A DNA stretch of 64,000 bases from contig NC_087450.1 of assembly GCF_036321535.1 (NCBI RefSeq), positions 53,940,001 to 54,004,000 of the forward strand, given 5' to 3'. The stretch's first letter is position 1. Every line of letters begins with the position of its first letter. A program made the position numbers and the translations under genes. Below the pieces are notes generated by a model. That model searched no databases and was not told where the DNA came from. It saw nothing but the letters and a program-made list of their open reading frames with translations. Of the stretch, positions 58,201-64,000 are shown in pieces. This DNA comes from Camelus dromedarius. Its lineage: Eukaryota.

Positions 58201-59489
58201 ATATTTATGTTTATATTAATTAAAATTCAACATTTGCTTATAGTTTTCTTTCTTTTGGGATAAAATCTGCATACAATGAAATACACAGCTCTTAAGTGCC
58301 CAAGCCAGTGAGTTATGACAAATGCACACACGTGTGCGATTCAACCCTATCAAGATACAGAACGTTACCATCGTGCTGGAAAGTTCCCTCATGCCTCTTC
58401 CCAGTAAACCTCTGCCCACAGCCACTCTCAGAGCAGCTACTGTTTATAATTTTTTCCCCCATTATAGGTTGCTTTTGTCTGTTGTAGTGCTTTACATTAG
58501 TGGACCCATGGAGTATGTACTTTTTTGTCCATCTTCTTTCATTCAGCGTATCTTGAGATTCATCCATATTTTCACATGTGTCAGTAGTTTATTCTTTTTA
58601 ATGGCTGATTAGTATTTCATTATATGAATATCTCATGTGTCTTNNNNNNNNNNNNNNNNNNNNNNNNNNNNNNNNNNNNNNNNNNNNNNNNNNNNNNNNN
58701 NNNNNNNNNNNNNNNNNNNNNNNNNNNNNNNNNNNNNNNNNNNNNNNNNNNNNNNNNNNNNNNNNNNNNNNNNNGCTGGGTTGTAGACTGCCGACTTCCT
58801 GTATCATCACGTGGTGGGAAGGGAGCTAGCTGGCTCTCTGGCCTCATCTTATAAGGGCACTAATCCCATTCATGAGGGTTCCTTTCTTGTGACCCAATAG
58901 CTCCCAAAGATACCATCTCCAAATATCATCACAGTGGCATTAGGGGCTTAATATGTGAATTTTGGGGGGATACAAAGATACAGTCTGTGGGAGTCACAAA
59001 CATTCAGGAGATAACACTTTGGAGTTCTTTATCCATTCTTCTATTGATGGAGCTCTTAGTGTCCAGTTTTGTGCTATTGTGAATAAAACTGCTATGACCA
59101 GTCTTGTTCAAGTCTTTACCGGTATATGCTTTCATTTCTTTTGGGTCAATATCTTTGAGTGGAACTGCTAAATCATAGAGTAGATACAGTTTATCTTTAT
59201 AAGAAGCTGCCAGACCTTTTCCAAGGTGGTTGTGTCATCCATATTTCTACTAATAATGTATCAGAGTGCTGGTGGTTTTACATCCTCAGCAATATTTAGT
59301 GGTGTCTGTCTTAATTACAGACATTCTAGTGAGTATGTAGTGGTATCACTGTGGTTTAATGTTATTTATTATTTATCTTCTTAAATTTAGCGTTGGAACA
59401 AATCAGAGCTATCAGGAGAGTCACTGTTTCAGCTTCAGTAGTCATTATCCTCATGGAATCAACACCGCTGTTTACCATCCTGGACACAG
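33058..59489 (+). CDS. NBAS: NBAS subunit of the NRZ tethering complex (neuroblastoma amplified sequence), partial: coding exons 1-9 joined (746 nt), continues beyond the right edge
   Basis: Spliced translation MAASESAPAGNPGTAEGEEETILYDLLVNTEWPPETEVQPRG...WRRVAWSYDCTLLAYAESTGTVRVFDLMG...HYPHGINTAVYHPGH matches the NBAS N-terminal beta-propeller; GT-AG and phases consistent; NBAS-DDX1 adjacency is known vertebrate synteny. Confidence 0.98.
35310..35364 (+). CDS. NBAS: NBAS exon 2 (PRGTRKHGASFIITKAIR, 55 nt)
   Basis: tttgcag|CCT AGA...ATT AGG G|gtaagt. Confidence 0.96.
36889..36925 (+). CDS. NBAS: NBAS exon 3 (DRLLFLRQYIWYS, 37 nt)
   Basis: ttacag|AC CGT...TAC AG|gtgagt. Confidence 0.96.
37258..37282. 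repeat. (TG)n microsatellite
   Basis: Directly visible. Confidence 0.9.
39126..39203 (+). CDS. NBAS: NBAS exon 4 (PAPFLLPDGLVRLVNKQVNWHLVLA, 78 nt)
   Basis: ttcag|C CCT GCA...GCA AG|gtaagg. Confidence 0.96.
39304..39449 (-). mobile_element. Same SINE family, antisense in NBAS intron 4
   Basis: Reverse complement reads ggggtataactcagtggtacagtgt...gtcctgggttcaatccccagtatctccatt plus A-rich tail. Confidence 0.85.
39706..39753 (+). CDS. NBAS: NBAS exon 5 (NGKLLAAVQDQCVEI, 48 nt)
   Basis: gacag|C AAT GGG...ATC AG|gtaact. Confidence 0.96.
40820..40990 (-). mobile_element. MIR SINE
   Basis: aaccctgtgaagtgggtac...ttttagaaatgaggaagctg...gtaacttgcccaagg. Confidence 0.6.
43172..43300. mobile_element. 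MER5-family fragment
   Basis: cagtggttcttaacc...gggccctatctcagattcactgg. Confidence 0.55.
43554..43597 (+). CDS. NBAS: NBAS exon 6 (SAKDDFTSIIGKCQ, 44 nt)
   Basis: ttgcag|G TCT GCA...CAA G|gtaaga. Confidence 0.96.
48140..51330 (-). mobile_element. Degenerate old L1 (ORF1 and ORF2 remnants) antisense in NBAS intron 6
   Basis: ORF 48137..48334 (LPTHVETSATPIANQKDITKKMYKPIS) resembles L1 ORF2p near the RT start; ORF 50121..50354 resembles the ORF1p coiled coil. Confidence 0.75.
50131..51784. repeat. Inverted repeat pair: 50131-50298 and 51610-51784
   Basis: Reverse complement of the first arm aligns by eye to the second at roughly 80% identity over ~170 bp. Confidence 0.85.
55808..55941 (+). 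CDS. NBAS: NBAS exon 7 (VPKDPKPQWRRVAWSYDCTLLAYAESTGTVRVFDLMGSELFVITP, 134 nt)
   Basis: ttctag|TT CCG AAA...ACC CCG|gttcgt. Confidence 0.95.
56590..56770. mobile_element. MER5-family element
   Basis: cagtggttctaactctggctacatcttagaatcacctggg. Confidence 0.6.
56908..57200. mobile_element. MER33/MER3-like hAT element
   Basis: agcactgtctgatagaaatgtgatgtgagc...ttcagactagcc...cagtagcctcatgtggct. Confidence 0.6.
57778..57911 (+). CDS. NBAS: NBAS exon 8 (ASGSAGDLGCAVAGLIFLEYEASAQWSAELLVISYRGELRSYLV, 134 nt)
   Basis: cctgcag|GCG TCT...GTA AG|gtaaga. Confidence 0.96.
58100..59360 (-). mobile_element. Old L1 3' region with nested MLT1 fragment (58775-59000) and an assembly gap
   Basis: aatctgcatacaatgaaatacacag...attaagtgtac-type 3' end; ttgtgaataaaactgctatga; MLT1 text cttataagggcactaatcccattcatgaggg. 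Confidence 0.75.
58644..58774. other. Assembly gap (131 N)
   Basis: Run of n. Confidence 0.99.
59391..59489 (+). CDS. NBAS: NBAS exon 9 (VGTNQSYQESHCFSFSSHYPHGINTAVYHPGH, 99 nt)
   Basis: atttag|C GTT GGA...CAC AG|gtaagc. Confidence 0.96.
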
Positions 59490-59932
59490 GTAAGCAACCA
59501 TTTGTTCTCATATTTGGTGGAGTATTAGGTGGATGTTGGCACAGTTTCAGAGAGAAGAAATTGTTCTGATTTTTCTTTTGGCTTCTTCATTTCCTCCTCT
59601 TGTGTATAGTTCTCTTAGTGTCTGTAATATTGTTGTAGTCATCTTCTGAACACTCCTGCTCATCCGCCTGGCAGACTAGGCTTCTCTGAGCCAGAAGGGG
59701 CACAGGGAATACCCACTAAGGACTGTCTTCTCCCTTAGCTCTCTGAATCTTATTTTTCTTATCTGTAAAATGAAGATAGTGCCTAACACCTAGCATCGTT
59801 GAGAGGTCTAACAAAACAGTGCATACAAAACGCCCTTGCATACAAGGGCCTCGGGAGGTGTTCGCCCCTTCTCTTTGCTTTCGTGGCAAATTAGGGCTGC
59901 ATTGGTTATTGCACAGTTGAGTCTTCAGACTA

Positions 59933-60383
59933 CAGGCAGACCTCAGAGATGTTGTGGATTCAGTTCCAGACCACCCAATAAAGAGAATATTGTAACAAAG
60001 CAAGTCACATGAATTTTTTGATTTTCCAGTGTCTGTAAAAGTATGTTTACAGTCTACTGTAGTCTAAGTGTGCAATGGTATTATGTCTAAAAAAATAATG
60101 TGCATACCTTAGTAAAACAGAACAAAAACCAATTACAATAGTAACGTCAGAGATCACTGATCACTTATCACTATAACAAATATAATAATAATCCAAACTT
60201 TTTCATTATTGAGAGAATTACCACAATGTGACACAGAGACACGAAGTGAGCAAAAGCTGTTGGGAAAATGGCATTGGTAGAGTTGCTCTTCAGACTCAAG
60301 GTTGCCACAGGCCTTCAGTTTGTAAAACATGCAGTATCTGTGAACCGTCATAAAGCTGAACACAGAGAAATGAGGTGTATCTG
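59933..60383 (+). mobile_element. Tigger1 internal-deletion derivative (non-autonomous Tc1/mariner)
   Basis: TA + CAGGCAGACCTC...GAGGTGTATCTG; both Tigger1 ends present, 451 bp, no transposase. Confidence 0.8.
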
Positions 60384-60929
60384 CATGTCCCACTCTCATG
60401 GATGCCACTGCTCCGGGTATTTGCCCTCTCCATTGATGGTCACCTGAAACTTTTGGCATTTTTAATTCCAATAATTTCTCTTTTAATTTTGTTATTTGAA
60501 AATGAAATTTATATATATTTTATAAATTAGCCAAGCTAACTTTTTGGTTGTCTAAAAGGGAAGGTTGTCAAATTTTGAGTCAGACAAACCTAGCTTGAGT
60601 TCTGAATTTTGAGGCTTAACTCTCTTGGTAAGTCCTTAAACTCTCTGGCCCTCAGTGGACTTAAGTTTTTTGGTTAATGTATGCAAGTTTTGTATTCTTT
60701 TCAATCATGGGTCTGTCCTTGTGTTTTGTTCAGAATTTTATTATAAAACTTTTATAGTACCAAAGAATACACCACCTGCCACACGCACACACATGATGAA
60801 GTCCCATTTGTCCTTCCCTAATCCCATCCCATCTGACTCCCTAAAGATAACTACTGTCCTAAATTTTGTTTATCGTTCTGTTGCTTGCTTTATAGTTTTA
60901 TCACTTATGCATATTTGGTTTTGCTCTTT

Positions 60930-61660
60930 GACTATGTAAATGGCATCATCCAGGAGACATACAAGTCTTGCTTTGTGACTTGCTTTATTGTATGTTGTTC
61001 TAGTTCATTCATTTTTAAGTACTATTAGAATATTTTATTTGGGGAATATATTGCAACATATTTATCTGTTCTGTAGATGAAAATTTGATTTGTTTCTAGT
61101 AGAAATTTGGATTTTTGGTTATAAAAATAGTACTGTGGCCAAAATTATTGTGCATTCCTCTCACACGTGTGCAAGAGTTTCTGCAGGATATGTAACTTGG
61201 AACAGAATAGCTGAATTTTTGGGTAAATACATCTTCAACTTTATTAGGTAATGCAGATGTTTTCCAGACTGGTTCTCCCAAGTTACAGTCCCATCAGCAG
61301 CGTATGAAAGTTTCTGTTGTTTCTCATTCTTACTGGCAACTCTTGACGATGTTAGACTTTTAAATACTGATCTAGAAGGTGTAAAAGAATAACTCATTGT
61401 AGTTTTATTTGATTTCTCTGATTGTTGATGATATTGAGAAGCTTTTCATGTTATTGGCCATTCATGTTTCCTCATCTATGAAATTCTTTTTTTGTTTCAT
61501 TTATTTTTTTATTGGATGTTTGGTCTTGATATTTGTCTATAATCTGGATATTAATTCTGGGTTGACTACATACATGATGAGTATCCTCTCCCAACAAATG
61601 GCTTGTCTTTTTTTTCCTTATAATTTACCTTTGATTTTATGAGTTGTCTCTGTACATAAT
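60930..61660 (-). mobile_element. Old L1 ORF2 C-terminal / 3' remnant
   Basis: ORFs 61096..61281 and 61161..61397 give degenerate ORF2p C-terminal text (..GTVTWEN..). Confidence 0.65.
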
Positions 61661-62703
61661 TCCAAATGTTAAATAGCTGGAAAACTTTCTCCTCCACCCC
61701 CTTTCTTGCTTTCCAAAGGTGACCACTTTTAGCTTATTTTAGTTGATTCCTTTGGTTGTTTGGTGAATCACCACGTTCTATAACTTTCTGAGAAAGGTAC
61801 ATGGGAAGTATATTTTTTGAGGCCTTGTTTGTCTAAAAATGGCTTTAGTCTATCTTAATGTTTAATCGATGATTTGGCTGGATAGAGTTGTAGGTTAGAA
61901 ATAATTTTGCCTTTGAATTTTGGAAGTATTGCTCAGTTGTCTTGTAGCTTCTAGTGTTGTTCCTGAAAATTCTAATGTCACTCAAGTGTAAAAATCGATT
62001 TTTCTTTGTTTTTCTTTGGTCCCCCTTCTCTCTCAAAGCTGAGATTTTCTTTCTTTTCCCTCAGTGTTCTGAAATTTGACTGTGTTATGCCTTTATATCC
62101 ATAGTATTGATCATTCACTTTGAATACTCACTTTTGGGAAAATTAATTGAATTAGTTCTTTGATTATTTCTTTCCTTCTGATTCCTCTTTTCTCTCCAGA
62201 ATGGCTGTTATCTAGATACTGAGTTTCCTGGACTCACCTTTAATTTTCTCATTCTCTTTTTTTCCCTTTGTTGTTGTTGAAAAAGAGAAGTAAAAAGATT
62301 TTTTTCTGTATAGCTGTATACTTAATGAAGAAAGTGGTTTGAAGCACTTTTGAGATCTATTATAAATATAATGAGTTAATTATACATATGATCCTGTTTA
62401 AGAAAAAAACCCTGTATTCTGGTTAATTTTTCTTATCTATTTTCTAATTTACTAATTCTTCAGTGCCTCATCTCTTTTTTAAACTAGTTGTTGTGTTTCA
62501 GTTTCAATTTTTGTTTCTCATTTCTAGAATTTCTCTGTAGTTATTTTAAGAATCTCTCTTAAGAAAGAGCAAAAGGAACTGAAATGAGTATTCAGTGAGC
62601 CACTAGTTGTTTTGAGGATTAAATACATAGTAGGTATTCAGGAAATGATAGCATTGAATAAATAATACTGTTTATTTTTTCTTAATTTGTGTAGACACTG
62701 TCT

Positions 62704-62888
62704 GTTTTATTGAAGTGTAGTTGATTTACAGTGTTAATTTCAGGTATATAGCAAAGTGATTCAGTTATACATATACTTTCTTTTTTCGGATTATTTTCCA
62801 TTGTATGTTATTACAAGAAATTGAACATAGTTTACTGTGCTGTAATAGATCCTTGTTGTTTATCTATTTTATGTATAGTAATGTGTAT
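62704..62888 (-). mobile_element. Short L1 3' end with target-site duplication
   Basis: tttattgaagtgtagttgatttacag...; flanks GTAGACACTGTCT (62691-62703) and GTAGATACTGTCT (62889-62901). Confidence 0.8.
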
Positions 62889-63873
62889 GTAGATACTGTC
62901 TTGAAGAGTCAGTTGATATATTCTTAAGAAATCTGAAAATCAGTTTCAAAAGTCTAGCCAATTAAAAAATTAAAAAATTAGAAAAGAATATGCTAAATGC
63001 AATAAATAATCTGAAATGATAATAGACCTTTGTTTTACTCTAGATGAGGTTGAGTGATCACATGCAGAGTTATTAGAGTTCTTCACATTTTATAAAATTC
63101 AGTGTAATTGTACATGCTGCAAATAATTACATTTTCTTAAATCAAACATTTCTTCTGATTATAGAAAACACATTAGGAGAATAAGAAGATTGCTGTTTTT
63201 TGTTCTTGTCAACTTCTTATACAAAGTATGGCTTTTTAATGTTTGTTTTTATATTTCAGTTCTTATATTTTCCTTGTATAGCTTCACATTAAGTCTTGAA
63301 TTAAAATTTTGCTACTAGAAAGGGGATAGAATATATTTTGCTTTGACGTTCTCAGCTCTGTTGTGAATTTTGCTAAGCCTAGACAGTGCATATATCACAC
63401 CCATGACACTCCAATTGCTGGTGTGATTTCTGTTGAATATGACCTATTTCTTTACATTTACATCTTTGAAAGCATGTTTTATTATGGTCAAATGAGATCT
63501 GGTCTTTGCTCTTTTAAGGCCTTTTCTTGGTTTAGTTCAACTAATTTTTGTTGTTTTAATGCATAGTTATTAATATCTTTTTTTCTCAGCACTTACATAC
63601 ATTAAAAAAATGAATCTGCTGTCTCCTAAAAAGTATATCTGTTCTGTTAGAGGAATTGTCTGTATTACGGAGATCGATGAAGTAGGAAGTCTATTCTATT
63701 GTTTTAGCCGGCCTGCTTTCCATTATTACTGTCTTATTTATTGTAGCCTGCTGTGTGCAACACGCAGTGTTAGCTTTGTGGAAGATACAAAGATGAAGAG
63801 CAGTCTGGACTTCAAGGTCTCATATTCTTGAATGAGAAATAATGTATACATGCATTACATATATATGTATATA

Positions 63874-64000
63874 CGGTTGACCCTTGAATAGCATGGGTTT
63901 GAGCTGCTCGGATCCAGTACATGGATTTTTTTTCACTGCATGCATACTACAGTAATATGTGATCTGTAGTTGGTTGAGGACTACATGCATGTGTGCACAG
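63874..64000 (+). mobile_element. Tigger2-like DNA transposon 5' end, runs off the window
   Basis: TA + cggttgacccttgaatagcatgggtttgagctgc. Confidence 0.7.

Noticed and set aside
59490-64000. NBAS exon 10 (LLLVGGCET...)
   Set aside because: I found no matching frame; the region is repeat-derived intron
1-64000. CRISPR arrays, rRNA, operons or other prokaryotic-type systems
   Set aside because: Spliced mammalian locus; no repeat-spacer periodicity or rRNA-like sequence seen

Overview
Mammalian genomic DNA, most likely camelid (alpaca/camel-type tRNA-derived SINEs), with three short N-gaps. Two genes sit head-to-head with start codons about 18.9 kb apart. DDX1 is on the - strand: coding exons 1-13, ATG at 14191, gene continues off the left end. 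NBAS is on the + strand: coding exons 1-9, ATG at 33058, gene continues off the right end. All 22 exons have GT-AG boundaries and splice into continuous reading frames (956 nt and 746 nt) matching the human proteins as I recall them. Each gene has its own CpG-island promoter. The intergenic spacer is dense in LTR elements (MLT1, MLT2/ERVL, ERV1-type solo LTRs, MER21-like) and holds a consensus CTCF motif. Introns carry MIR, L2, old L1, MER5, MER33-like and Tigger elements. Nearly all other ORFs in the supplied track are GC-rich or repeat-derived artefacts. I found no convincing new biological system. The best leads are a ~170-bp local inverted duplication in NBAS intron 6, several candidate stop-containing (poison) exons or cryptic donors in both genes, the CTCF/G4 element, E-box clusters, and well-preserved retrotransposon insertions with target-site duplications. 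Repeat family names and human-protein comparisons are from memory, not database searches, and repeat boundaries are approximate.
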